Source: Flaccisagitta enflata (lineage: Eukaryota). From it: a stretch of 64,000 nucleotides of DNA. Position 1 is the first letter of the stretch, and the number at the start of each line of letters is the position of its first letter. The DNA lies in NCBI GenBank assembly GCA_965153355.1, contig OZ231126.1, positions 24,490,001-24,554,000 of the forward strand, written 5' to 3'. Below the pieces are notes generated by a model, which saw only the letters and a program-made list of their open reading frames with translations, was not told where the DNA came from and ran no database searches. Shown here piece after piece: positions 22,528-35,975 of the stretch. The position numbers and the translations under genes are program-made.

Positions 22528-25500
22528 TTATGAGTCCATCTCCAGCCACACGATCTTCGTGCAATCCCTCTTGACAATTCTTCCGTCGCTGCGGCGCACA
22601 TGCACCCTGCGGACATGAGGTGACATCCCTTCCACGTCGACGACTCTCCCTAGGCTCCAATCTTGTCTGGGCACCACCTCGTCGACGATGATTACAAGAT
22701 CATCAACCGCAAAGTCTTTCTCAGATTTTGTCCGTTTGCTTTGCGCATGAAGGAGATTTAAATATCTACCACACCATTTTTTCCAAAAAGCATCCACTCG
22801 AGACTGCGTGCGCTTCCATTGGACACATGCTGACTCCGCGTCGAAGTTGACGCCGTGCTGCAACAGATCCACGGGGGCGCCGTCGGATGTAGATGGCGAT
22901 AGGATATGATTTGGCGTGAGCGCAGAGGGATCGCTTGGATCATCACTCAGTGTGGTGAGAGGACCGCGGTTGAGAATTCCTTCCACTTCAATGACAGCAG
23001 TGTGGAAGGTGTCAACGTGGCGGCAGTTGATATGGAGGCTAGATGGCGCTTGAAAAGCGCGACCATCCTTTCCCAGACACCACCATAATGCAGCGTCCGG
23101 GGGTGATCAAGTCCCATTGGAGGCCTCGTTGTTACAGATGTGAAGTTGACGAGCGGTTCCACTCTTCCATTTCCTTCTTGAGGGTGTTATTGGCGCCAAT
23201 CAGGTTAGTTCCACGATCAGACGTTAAGCGGCGGATTCCTGGGCGCCTAGCTGCAAAGCATACAATGGCGTTGATCATCGCTTTGGTGGACATGTTGTAG
23301 AGCAGTTCCACATGGACAGCACGGGAGACAAAACATGTGAAGACTGCCACCCACACTTTGTGATCCGCTCTTCCGTTCATTTTGACGTTGAAATGTCACA
23401 TGACATCCAGCCCTGTCTTTGCACACACTGGGGCAGGATAGACATGATTGAATGGAAGTGGTGCCATCTGCTGGTTCGCATGTCTCTTAAAATTCCTCTG
23501 GCATCCAAAGCACGAATGAACGACGCTCTTGACAGCCTGAAGGCCTTTAGTGATCCACGCAAAATAACGCAGTTGACACAATGTATGCTTTGCACCAGCA
23601 TGGAAGTCGTTATGATGAACATGGCGGATTAACGACTTCACATTTTCATTTTTAGGTGGAAGAATGAAGGGAAATTTTACCTTGTTGGAAATGTCAGCAT
23701 TGACTAGGCGACTGCCAACTCGAAGAATGCCGTCGTCGTCGACAAAAGGGTTGAGTTTTTGCATCTCTTTATCTTTGATGACAAATTCATGATGGCTATT
23801 TGGTTTGTCTATTTTTCCTGCCTCCAACTGGACCATCACCTCTCTATACTGTTGCTGCTGCACAGCCTTGACGAGACGCTTCTGCGCTTCCTCCAGATGG
23901 ACTTGCGTCACTTCCGGTTTTAGGAGGAGATCCTTTGCCGCCCTTGTCTTCACCTTTGGGACCATTCGCCACAGCCGGACTGCAATTAGAAGCATGGCGA
24001 TGATGTGAAGTTTATGCATCCATTTTCCTCGAGATGCGGCTGCATGCAATATCGCGTCAAATTCTTTTCTTTCCTCCTTGACAGCCGCGAAGAGAGCGGC
24101 CACGTGGACGGAAATAGGGCACGTCGCAATGTTTGTCTGCGGCCACTGATACTCTGGGAGACGCAAAAACTCGGGTCCATTGTGGAATTGTTTCCACTTC
24201 TCTGCCTCATGGGATTGGATTCCACAAAAGCAATGATCGGCGGGGTCGTTGGACGAATCCATCCACCGTCACTACTCTGGACTTGAACCCGCGTGAATCT
24301 TGGAGAGATGATTGGCGAGGAAGACAGGTCTTGGGCGTGATGGGTTGTAGATCATCTTCAAAGGGGCCTCTGAATCTGACCATAATCTGATGTTCTTCTC
24401 CTGCAGCTTCAGAGTTTTGTTGACAAACCGCTTGAGCTGAATCGCCTTTTCAGCAGAGACAATCTCCACGCGAGGGACACTGTTGTGGTGAGATGCTCTT
24501 TTTGGATTGAGAGGAACCACGTGAGATTTGGATCCCAAAATGGTGACGTTTACCGAGCCGTCGGCGTTGACTTGACGACGATATGCAACTGCACCAAATC
24601 CACCTTTTGGCGCTGCATCGCAGAACAGCTTGATGGTGACAGAAACGGCATCCGCAGTGTCTGTATCGCCGTTCCACCACCTCTTGACCCGATACTGTTG
24701 AAGAAGAGGCCAAGAAGACGTGTATTTGAAAAATGATTCCTCCAGTCCCTCGTCAAGTGGAGAATCCCATCCCGTCTGTTGCGAACGCCACAATTGAAGA
24801 TGTAGCCTTCTGATGTACTGACTTGGACTCCAAAAGCCGAGAGGATCGAAGAGTTTAGCTTGCATGGAGACCAATTGACATGGAGTTTTTGCCCTCATTG
24901 TTTTAAATTTGTTGTCGCAGATGAAAACAAAGGCGTCTTCCGCCGGAAGCCATGAGACTCCCAACACCTTTGTTGGCTTATCATCTTGATCTTACTTATC
25001 TGCGATTGGAATGGCGATGTTAGGATCTCCTTCCATGAGCTGCTGCCCGTTACTTTTCCATTTCACAAGTTCGAAGCCGCCTTCTCCCATCGCTGAACTC
25101 AATCCCATTTTTAACTCCAACGCCTCGTCGATTGTATTGCCGCCTCCACTTCCGTCGTCTACGTAAAAGCCAAAGGGAATAAAATTGTAGATGTGGAAGG
25201 ATAATATGGCTTGATCACTTTGGCGTGGTGTCTAACGGTGAAAGATGTCACGCATGAACTGGAGAGACTTCCAAATACATGAGAAAGGGACAGATTCAGC
25301 GTTGCAAAGCGGAGGCTTCTAACTTTGAACCACAGAAATCTGAATAAGTCGGCGTCATCAGGGTGGACTCTCACTTGGTGGAAGAAAGCCTTTATGTCAC
25401 ACATGAAGGCCACTTTCCATTGTCGAAAGCGCTTGAGAATATCCATCAAACTGTTCATCAGATTTGGTCCGCCCACCAAACGATCGTTTAAGCAAATTCC

Positions 25501-26496
25501 ATCGGTAGCGGTGCGGGCGTCATGACAAACTCTGGTCTTTCCCCTCACCTCCACAATGTGGAGGGGGAGATACAAGCGTGGCTTGATGATTTCTTCGTCG
25601 TCGTGGAAACTGTCAATCTCAATCGCCACACCCGTCTCATAGAATTTTTCAACTTCGCGGAAAATACGCTCTTTGAAGGCCGGATCGCGATTGAAGCGGA
25701 AGCGCTGGTTGACGAGCCACTTCATGGCTGTGGGCCGAGACTTCACTTTGCGCAAGATTTCCATGATCTTGTCAAAGTCAAATTTCCACGTGACTGGCGC
25801 GAAATACTTTTTTGTCATAGGACAGAAACAGATCTTTTTCTTCAATGTTTCACAGGCGCGTATATTTTCAAGAGAATTGCCCATTTCTTCAGAGGAAACA
25901 ATGGATCCAAAATCGTGGTAGAAAATTTGGTCGATTCTTTCATGTAAATCATTATTGTCAACCGAAATAGCGTTAATTGATGCGACGTCTAAACCTTTTC
26001 TTCCAGTTTTACAACCAAAGCTGCATCTGAAGCATGTTAAACATCCTGGAGGACCTCGACGACACTCTTGAGCGATGACAGTGTCCGAATGAGCGGCGCC
26101 AACAATCATTTTGACGCCTCCCGTCGCCTCTGGGAATCTTATGCCTCTGACGTGTGGTTGGTTGGAAAGATTGCGGAGAAATGGAGGAATGTCTTTTTCA
26201 CTTGTAAGCAAATCTCTAACCAATGCGTCGTTGACATCAATGATGTATTTGGAGTTGGTGGAGCGAAGAGTGAATGACGCTAAAAGACAATTTTCAGTCA
26301 CACAATTGTCTACTGTCACTACTTTCATTTGGACCATAATGGTTGAAATGCACAAATTGTTGATTATATTGTGGCTGATGACATCTCTGTCAGCTCCACT
26401 GTCTATCATGGCAAAGATTGTTTTTTCTTCACCGGACGCACAATTTACAATCACTACAGGGACGATGGGACAGACAACATCGTCAAAGGATGACAC
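22528..26496 (-). pseudogene. pol: BEL/Pao pol (protease, RT, RNase H, integrase), frameshifted
   Basis: Protease MIDSGAD; RT DIKAFFHQV, FG..SS, FYVDDG (~25150-25170); RNase H FCDA..GFGAVAY, PRVE, WSDS; integrase H...HAG..C..C, GLD, SDRG, GGVWERMV; C-terminal FWKKW...YL..L. Confidence 0.95.
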
Positions 26497-26523
26497 AGAT
26501 CGCGACGCGGCCGTCGCCGCCAG

Positions 26524-29500
26524 TCATGCCTTGACATGAGGGGTAGTAATGATGTTGGGGTCTGTGGTGGTTGTTGTTGTTGGTGATGGTTTTTGAGCGG
26601 CGGAAGTGTTGGAGGATTTTTTGAATGTCGCAAATGGGATACCATTGTTCGTTTTCTCTCCTCCTTTCTTCGCTTCTTTGCCGTCGCTCTTTTTCACCCA
26701 TGTGCGTCCATGGAGAATGGTGGCGTGTTGTTTCTTGCAAGTTTGGCATGTTGGTCTGCTGGTGCATCCTTTTGCCGAATGTCCACTTGTGGAGCAGTGG
26801 AAGTATAGTTGGCATGACGCCAACTTTTGGACTCTTACGTCGATGTTGATAGAAAGAAGTTGTTGACATTCTTCCATCGGATGCATGCCGCTGCAGACGT
26901 TGCAGCGGTCCGTTGACTGCATCTTCTGCTTGCGATTGGTCAAAACATCATTGTAAGTTGCTGGATTTTCACCCGTTGCCACTGCTGCCACCGCCGCGGG
27001 CTTACTCTCCACACCTCTGTTGCGTTGAATGACAGCCCATGTTTCAATCATGTTGACGAGGTTGTTGAATGAGAATGGGATGCCTTGCAACTCGTATTCA
27101 TGATGCTTTTCCCAAAACTTGTCTGCCAAATGTGGGACTCTTTTATTGATAATGTCTTGCAACAATTCTTTTCTATAACACTGTGGCAATTCTCCACACG
27201 TTTGCGCAATTCTCTTCATCTTTTGCAGCTTTGAGGCGAGATGAAAATGTCTCTTGTGGTCCGCAGATGAAATCTTTGATCTCATTGAAGAGAGCCAGGA
27301 TGTTGGCAAGACTCGCCGTGAAGATGATATCCATCTTCTTAAAGGCGGCGGTCACATCCTCCTCTGCGACTTGTTCTGTAGTGCCAATCGCCGCTGTCTC
27401 AACAATCTCCTTTGCCAGACCCGAAAACCATTTTGGTAATTCTAACAGAATGTCCATCTCTGTCGAACCTTTGTGTTTCGCAGCATCTTTGAACTTGCGC
27501 TTCCACATCATGTAGTCCGTCGACAAGAGCTCCTGAAGTGGCTTCTCTGGCCTTCCTTTCTCCAACACCTTGAGGCCAATCTCTCTAGCGCGCATCCGAT
27601 TGTCGTTGGAGGCTCTCTTTAAGAAAACTTCCAGCGCCTCACTTTGAGGAAGATGATTCACCGCTTCCGGTTGACGAACCGTTGGAGCGAAGGGTTGATC
27701 ATGATATGTGGGAGGAGGATTGATGTTGACGTATTGTCCTCCCACCTTCACTGGAGATTTTCTCTTTGTGGTTTTTGTGTACCACACGTCGTTGTTGTGT
27801 TGCTGTTGATGCTGTTGATGTTGTTGCCGTTGATGTTGATGGTATTTTGGCGCATCAAAGTCTTGACGGACATATTGATGTTTCTTCAATTCATCAATTT
27901 CCGCTTTTGCAGTGCGCGAGCCAAATTGATTTTGCTGAAGTTGACGCTGTTGTGCTGCATTCTCCTCCATCAAATCTGCAGCATCCTTTTTCAGGCGATG
28001 CATCTGACAGTCTGCTTCCGGAAGTCATCTTGCTGGAGCTGCTTCTGGCGCTTGCAACTTCTTTCTCTCTTCCTCCTGCATCTGCCGCGCAAACGCCTTG
28101 TCAGCTGCTTCCTGCATCTTCTTCCTTCTCGACACATCTTCTGCATCGTCCGCCAGCATCTGGTCGAGTTTCAACAAATCCGCCGTCGTTGACAAGAGAT
28201 TTGGCGCCGTATTCGTGACTTCCTTTTCAAAAATGACTTCCGGCCCCGTAGGAGGGATGGCGGCGGATGGGGGATGTTGAGGATGAGGATAACAATGAGG
28301 CTGAGGGTTGAGGTTGTTATCCCCTCCTTCTCTCTCTTCTTCTCTTTCTCCTACACTCGACACCTGCTGCTTCACACGAGTTTGTGTTGGATGATGAAAT
28401 TGAGGATTGGATGAGTTGGACATTGACCGTTGTGAAGTAGGGATTGGCTGTGGCTGCGTCCTTGTCACCTCGGGCTGACGCCCAGGCTCCATCTTCTGCT
28501 GCTGCACTGCACCACCTACTCGGTTTTTCAAATTTCCAACTTTCCATTTGAGCGGCTGCGGCGTTTCTAAATTGATTCGCCCTTGCCTCCTCCTCTTCTC
28601 TCATCTTGTTGAGGCGTTGACACATCTGCCGATATTGTTCTTCTTCTTCAGGCGATTTTTCACTTTGTTGGCATTTAATAGGGAAGGCGACTGCAATTTC
28701 TGACGTGTCTGTTGCAGTCACCATCGTCATTGCTGAAGCCTCTCTATCACCTCCTTCCAACATGCGGATCCTTTGCTCCGCAAGCTGCTGTTGATGACGC
28801 TGCTCAGTTTCCATGGAAAAAACACCACCAACGGGGAGAGAATTTCCTGCAGGTGGATAAACGACTACTGCTGGAGTAATCACAGCATTCTGTTGCTGCA
28901 ACTGGTGCTGTTGAACCTGCTGCTGCCGCTGTTTCTCAGCCTCCAGTTGCTGCCTTTGGGCTTCTGCTTGCTGTCTTTGTTGCTCCTGTTACAGCTTCTG
29001 TTGCTCGGCGGCTTGCTGTTGCCGCCTCTGCTCTTGATCGAGTTGCTGTTGCTGCAGCTGCTGCTTCTCCTGTCGCACCCGTTGCAACTCTTCTCGCACT
29101 TGCTGCAACTGCTGCTGCTGTTGCGGCTGCAATTGTTGCTAACGAAGCTGCTCTTGCTGCAGTTTTTGCTGCTGCAACTGTTGTTGACGCAATTGTTCTT
29201 GTTGCTGTTGCTGCTGCTGAAACTGCTGTTGGTGTAGCTGCTGCTGTTGTTGTTGCTGCTGCTGCTGTTGTAGCTGCCTCAATTGTTCTTGATGGAGCTG
29301 TTGTTGACGCAGCTGCTCCTGCTGCAGTTGTTGTTGGCACAACTGTTCTTGTTTCTGTTGTTCTCGCAGCTGCTGTTGTCTCTGTTGCTCTGCAGCCACC
29401 TGCTGTTGCTGCAGCTGCTCTTGTTGAAGCCGTTGCTGTTCTTCAGCTGCTTTTCTTTGCTGTTCTTGCTGTAGCCGTTGTTGTTCAGGGGCTTGCTGTT

Positions 29501-30257
29501 GTTGCTGCTGCTGCTGCTCACGCTGCACCTGCTGTTCACGCTGCTGCTGCTGTTGCTGCTGCTGCTGCTCCAACTCCCGCTGTTACTGTCTCAAATCAGC
29601 CTCCAACATTTCCGCTTGCCGCATCTCCTCCTGCAGCCTTCTTCCTGCTCTCTCTCTTTCTCTGCTTCAATCAGCATCGTGACGCCTTGATCTTTCCTTT
29701 GGCGTCAAACCTTCGACAGGTTTCCGCTTAGCAAGAGTTTCCGCATCATCGAGATCCTCTAGATCCGGGTCTCTTGGAGATCCACCGCCTGGATTGACGG
29801 CTTCTATCTCGGAAATGTACCTCTCGACGTATTCATTGGCGTCGTGTCTAGGAGGGAGAAGATGTCCGCCGGGATATTGAACGCCGTGACGCGTAGTCGG
29901 CAATCCCAAATACTCTGACAAATCCGGAAGTGGCGATGAAGTCCTCATTCACGAGATTGGGGCCCCGCCATTGTCGCAAGCTGATTCTGTCAGTATACTA
30001 TTTCATGAAAATTGATGCACGTTCCTCTTCACGTGCATTGATCACGTAGGCGTGCACCGGAAATCCCTTGTCGTACGTCATGCGGTCAAAGAATCACATT
30101 GCGTTCCATTCGCGTCTGATGCGACGCAAACTCGGTGCTGCGTAACGAAGAGGATCGCCGGGCATCTCATTGATCGCCATTTGACGGGCGAAGGTGATGT
30201 AATCGAAGATGCAGTTGCGTAGACTGTTTCTGGCGCTGTCAGACTCCAGAGATGGGG
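26524..30257 (-). pseudogene. gag: BEL/Pao gag (polyQ-rich N-terminal region, triple zinc knuckle), disrupted
   Basis: CNVCSGMH...C, (C)FHC...GH.A..C, CQTCKKQH..ILH knuckles typical of BEL gag; upstream low-complexity Q/E/P ORF fragments. Confidence 0.85.
28900..29600 (-). repeat. CAG/CAA polyglutamine-coding repeat within gag
   Basis: QQQQ/QEQLRQQQ repeats across frameshifted ORFs. Confidence 0.85.
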
Positions 30258-30290
30258 TCATATCGTCCCCTTGAGCTGGCCGCGGTTTTT

Positions 30291-31131
30291 AGTCGCGTGA
30301 ACGCGACTCTAGAAGCCGCTGTGTCGGTCGGTTGGTCTGTCGGTCTGTCGGTCGGTCCGTCACCTAACTTTTTTGAAATATGGCTCTAATCTTCATTTTA
30401 AAGGTACTTTAGGGTACTTAAGGGTACTTTAGGGTACTTTAGGGTACTTTAGGGTACTTAAGGGTACTATAGAGTACTATAGGTATTATGGGGAATATAG
30501 GGTACTTTAGATACTTTTGGGTACCTGAGCAGCCCTGATCTTAGTGATTTTTCTGAGCGGGCCAGTCGGGCACGCTTCCATCAAATTTAGCAGGCCCGAC
30601 TGAAAAACAGCGGGCCCGACAAATTTACTGTCAAAAGAAAGAAAGAAAGAAAGACAGAAAGAGAGAAAGATAGAAAGAAAGGAAAAAAGAAAGAGAGAGA
30701 AAAAGATAGAAAAACAGATAGGAAAGAAGGAAAGGAAGTAAGAAAAGAAAGACAGAAAGAAAGAAAGAAAAAGAAAGGAAAACAGAAAGGAAGGAAGGAA
30801 AGAAAGAAAGAAAAAAAAACAAACAGTTGCTCAAAGGTTAAATGTGTTCTGCGAAACCCGACCTGAGGGGCCTGATTTGAAGCCCAAGAGGTCTGATAGG
30901 GTGGGGGGGATAAACATACAAACAGAGTGACAAATAAGTATGGAAGTCCTCCTGTGTTCAACAGGAGTCCGTCCCTTGTAGCGTTGCTGCAAAAAAATTT
31001 GATGTTTCTAGTAAAGGAAGAAAAAAAAAAAGAAAAGAGAAATAGGAGGAAAGAATGAAAGAAACATACAAACAAAAAAAGAATCAAAAAAAAGATAGAA
31101 AAGAAAAGAGAGAGAAAGAAAGAAAGAAAGT

Positions 31132-31187
<56 letters not shown>

Positions 31188-31630
31188 GAAAAAAGAAAAG
31201 GAAATATAATTGAAACAAAAAAAATCAATATACCACTTCAGCATTAATAAAAAATAATAAGCCAAACATGAGCGGGCCCGTCGGGCCCGCATTTGGAAAA
31301 ACTTGCGGGCCCGACAGCAAAAATTCGGGCCTCGGGCCGGCGGGCCCGCTCTAAAATCAGGGCTGTACCTGAGGTTACTTTAGGGTACTTAAGGGTACTT
31401 TAGGGTACTTAAGGTTACTTTAGGGTATTTTAGGTACTTTAGGGTACATAAGGGTACATTAGGGTACTTAAGGGTACTCAAGGATATTTTAACGTATTAC
31501 CTTTATTACCTTTACCTTTATTACCTTTACCTTCTTTACCTTTATTACCTTAATTACCTTTATTACCTTAATTATCTAAATTACCTTTATTACCTTTATT
31601 ACCACGCGACTAAGGTTTGTTGACCTTGTT
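30291..31630 (+). mobile_element. HINE (AGTCGCG...CGCGACT family) inserted in the T-run of the left TIR
   Basis: 5' palindrome AGTCGCGTGAACGCGACT, (GGTC)n, internal (AGGGTACTTT)n, 3' CACGCGACT...CCTTGTT; TT insertion site. Confidence 0.75.
30530..31365. mobile_element. hAT-like MITE nested in the HINE
   Basis: TIR CAGCCCTGA/TCAGGGCTG; 8-bp TSD TACCTGAG on both sides. Confidence 0.88.
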
Positions 31631-32212
31631 TACATGAGGCATGGTGTATATAAGTGGGAAAACATCATTGGTTGCCACTCCAGGGCCCCCCTGAGTTAGG
31701 CCACCTCGCCAAAGTTGGCCAAAATGGCCCAAAAAGAGCCAAATTTGATGTGGGAGCCTGAAAACTAAAATCATGCAAAAATGGTCAAGATTTTGCCAAA
31801 AAGTCTCATTCTTAGGCTTATTGGACAAAGAAAACATAAAGGTAGGTGGTGGTGTGGGTGGTCATGAGGGGTGCCCCATGGGTGGCAGGTACAGGGCGCA
31901 AATTGGCCAAATATTAGGTCCTGATGAAGGCGGTTGTAAAAAATGACGAAAACTAAAATTGTTGATTTTTTTGGAAAATATGCATTCTAATTAGTATGTT
32001 TCAGCACAAAAATATGGTTCATTTGGATTTTTGGTCAACAATTGGCCAAAATGAAGTCCTAGGGGTTGTTGCAGTGGTACATGGCTGAACAACTTAACTT
32101 CGTTTGCATATTGCTTCTAAACGCTTTGATACAAAAAATCGCGGTTGGTCTCATCAGAGAGATCTTTCAAAATCCTTTCAGAATCTCACAAATTTCGTCC
32201 AAATCGGTTCAG

Positions 32213-33101
32213 ACAGCCGGAGACCCTAGAAAAGCTGATTTTTCAGCTTTTGCTTTTTTTTCAATTTTTCTTTAACTTCTCTTGGCTAAATGAGCTCATT
32301 GAGTGGGCTAACTTCTTTTTTTTCGTGGATCTATGGTCTGTAGCTACATTGTGTAAAAAAATTGCGGTTATTAACTCAATTTTAGCATTTTTTCTGAAAT
32401 CATGAAAAAAATTGGGTTCAGATGGCACCTTTCAATTTTTCTAATTTTTGGCATACAGAGATATTTTGAGACAAGGAATTCATCTAGAATGTCACATCCT
32501 TTAGCACTTATCAATAATTAGGTCAAAATGCGCTTTTGAATATTTAAAAGCTCAGAAATCAGCTTTTTGAGCCCAAAAGCTCAAGTCTCACGTTGCTAGT
32601 GCTCAAAAAGCTCAATTCTGAGCTTTTGAAAAGCTCAGAGTTGAGCTTTTTGAGACTTGTGTATAGGAGGAGGTGAGTCTCAAAAAGCTCAACTCTGAGC
32701 TTTTGAAAAGCTCAGAATTGAGCTTTTTGAGCTCTAACAACTTGGGTGTTAAGCTTTTGGGATTTTTGATATTTAAAAGCGCGTTTTGACCTATTTATTG
32801 ATGAGTGCTAAAGGATTTGACATTCTAGATGAATTCCTTGTCTCAAAATCTATCTGTAAGCCAAAAATGAGAAAAATTGAAAGTTGCCATCGAAACTCAA
32901 TTTTTTTCATGATTTGAAAAAAAAATGCTAAAATTGAGTTATTAACCGCAATTTTTTCACACAATGTAGCCACAGACCATGGATCCATGACAAAAAAGAA
33001 ATTAACCCACTCAATAAGCACATTTAGCCAAGAGAAATTAAGGAAAAAATTGAAAAAATAGCAAAAGCTGAAAAATCAGCTTCTCTAGGGTCTCCGGCTG
33101 T
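32213..33101. mobile_element. Palindromic MITE with 3-bp CAG TSD (PIF/Harbinger-like)
   Basis: TIR ACAGCCGGAGACCCTAGA; whole element is a long inverted repeat; removal restores the host unit GGTTCAGAAACATAGC. Confidence 0.8.
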
Positions 33102-34639
33102 CAGAAACATAGCTACAGTGATCTCACTAAGTACAGTAAAATTCTTATTTTTGTGACCTCAGACCTTATCAACTTGGTTTGCAAATAATTTCTAAATAAA
33201 CAAAGGAGGAAAAATACAGCTTGCGGTTTTTGAAAGATCTGTCGAAATCCTTTCCATATCTCACAAATTTTGTCTAAATTGGTTCAGAATCATAGCTACA
33301 GTGATCTCTCAAAGTATAGTAAAATTTCAATTTTTGGGATCTCAGACCATATCAACTTTGTTTGCAAATAATTTCTAAACGGACAGAAGGTGAAAAATAC
33401 AACTTGTGGCGTTTAAAAGATTTGTCAAAATCCTTTTTATAACTCACAAATTTTGTCCAATTCCGTTCAGAAACATAGCTACAGTGATCTTCCAAAGTAC
33501 AGTAAAATTTAATTTTTTAGGACCTCCGACCATATCAACTTCATTTGCATATGGCTTCTTAACAAACAAGGCTGGATACATGGCTACCTTAGTGTAAGTT
33601 GGGATTTGGGCCTCAAGACTGGGATGGGGGGGTGGGGGGTATGGTGAAGGAGGAGGAGGAGAAGAAGAAGGGAGGAAGAAGGAAAATTCCCCTGTGTGAG
33701 CTGTTGCCCAAAAAGGGGCCGACCAACTGACAGACCAAGATAGTGAGGTATAGAATTGCCCTGACTAGTAATCAAGGGGAAAAGACATCGTCGGAGATGG
33801 GTGGGTGGGGGCACAACTCCCCCCCGCTTCCCACACTAAAACACAATGTCGGTTGGTTGATCAGTCGGTCGATTGGTCCCCTTTTTCGGCAGCGGCCCCG
33901 GAAGGGCAGATGACCTATGATTCCACACAAGGCAATTTTTCCAGTCTGATGTTTACGTCCCCCCCCCCCAGTAGCTTGTACTGAAATGACTAAAACCAAA
34001 AAAGTCAAAATTCTACAAGCAGTTCATGTTGTGGAGCTGTCCTGGGCTTCTGTCGTCATCATTTTCAGCTTTGAAAGTTTACGTCTTGGTTTCCGAGCCT
34101 TACCATGAACTTCCCATAAGTCAATAGGAAACTAAAGATTTCAAATTGCTCAAATCAAAATTTTGACTGCAGACTTGAAATCTGCATGAAAAACTGTCTG
34201 TTGAAAGTGCTTTTCTTTTTTCAAAATTCCTTCGGGATCATTATCAAAATCCACGCTGAAGATTTTTAAAGAAGACAAGTTCAATAATTTTACAAAGAAA
34301 TCAAAAGGAAAGGTATGTTTCGCGATATTTGACAGCACTTTTGACCGCCTTTTAATTGGAATATCATAAAAAGGAAAACACTTTCTATTGACAGTTTTTT
34401 CTGCAGATTCTGAATCTGCAGTCAGAATTGGATTTTGAGAACTTCGAAGTTTTGGATTTCCTATGGAGGTAGGGTTTATAGAAGGTAAGGCGTGGCCACC
34501 TAAAAGTAGAATTTCAAAGCCAATATTGATTTCGATAGAAGCCTGAGACAAAAGCAAAAGCAAAAGAAAAAAAAACTTCCCCAACAAAAATGACAGAACA
34601 CAACGACAGACGATAACGACAGATAATGACATAAGATGA

Positions 34640-34681
34640 TAACAAAAACAATAAAAACAACAAAAACAACAGCAACAACAA

Positions 34682-34775
<94 letters not shown>

Positions 34776-34778
34776 AAC
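34640..34778. repeat. (ACA)n microsatellite
   Basis: Trinucleotide run. Confidence 0.95.
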
Positions 34779-35385
34779 CTCGCATTCGTATACAAGTTGC
34801 GGACATCCGCACGAAGACGTTTTTTGGATTTCATTTTTCCAGCAAACACTTGAACTAGCATCGCTCAGGGTAAGACTAAGCGTCAATAAGTAAAGGAAAA
34901 GATGAAGCATTTGACGTCAAGACGGTGTGCGCGGTCCTTTCAAATCTTGAATAGGTGAAAGATCACCCATTTCTGGCAGGAAATCTATCATGTCTATCTG
35001 TGTACCCTTTTTTATTTTGAACCGGTTGTTCTCCATCTTGAGACGCCATCGTTACAGCAAGGGAGAGATGATTACAACTCTTCATCATCCTATGGCTCAT
35101 TAGAGATTGATTGAGAATGACTTTGTATCCATCTCAAACTGTAACAAGTTAACCACAGTAGCAACGTTGTTGCAAATAAAGGCAATGGCGTCAGGCACTC
35201 AAAAAACAAAATCTTACTTAACTTTCAAATATCACTGTAGAGCTGTCTCTCACCCAATTTTTACTGAATTTGTGGGATTCAGGAAGATTTTCAAAAGGAC
35301 GATGCCGACTGCATTTTTAGTCACGTTCTAAGCGACTCTACACCCTGCTATGTTGGTACGTCAGTTGGTCGGTCGATTGGTCCCC

Positions 35386-35975
35386 TTTTTGGACAGCGGC
35401 CCCGAAGGGGTCGATGACCTCTGCTTTCACACATATGGGGAATTTTCTCCTTCTCCTCCTTCTCCTCCTTTTCCGTCCGTCCGTCCCCCCCCCAGGCTCG
35501 AGGCTCAAATCCCAGTCCTGAGACCCAAATCCCAGCCTCGCGGCTCAAATCCTAGCCTAAAGGCGCAAATCCTAGCCTGGAGACCCAAATCCAAACCTGG
35601 AGGCCCAAATTTCAGCCTTGAGGCCCAATCCCAGCCAATAGACCCAGATCCCAGCCTCCAAACTAGGATTTGGGCCTCCAGGCTAGGATTTGGGCCTCCA
35701 GGCTAGGATTTGGGCCTCCAGGCTAGGATTTGGGCCTTGAGGCTAGGATTTGGGCCATGAGGCTTGGATTTGGGTCTCAGGACTGGGATTCGAGCCTCGA
35801 GCCTGGGGGGGGGGCGAACGGACGGAGAGGGAGGAGGAGGGGAAGGAGGAGAAGGAGAAAATTCCCCATATGTATGAAAGCAGAGGTCATCGACCCCTTC
35901 TGAGCCGCTGCCCTGCTTCCCCTTCAACTTTAAGCACAACCTACTTAGGCAGGGCAAGGGTACCACTGACCATCT
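35386..35975 (+). mobile_element. GGGCAGCGGCCCC-family element
   Basis: Inverted arms, 21-bp internal repeats and tail GCAGGGCAAGGGTACCACTGACC. Confidence 0.7.
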
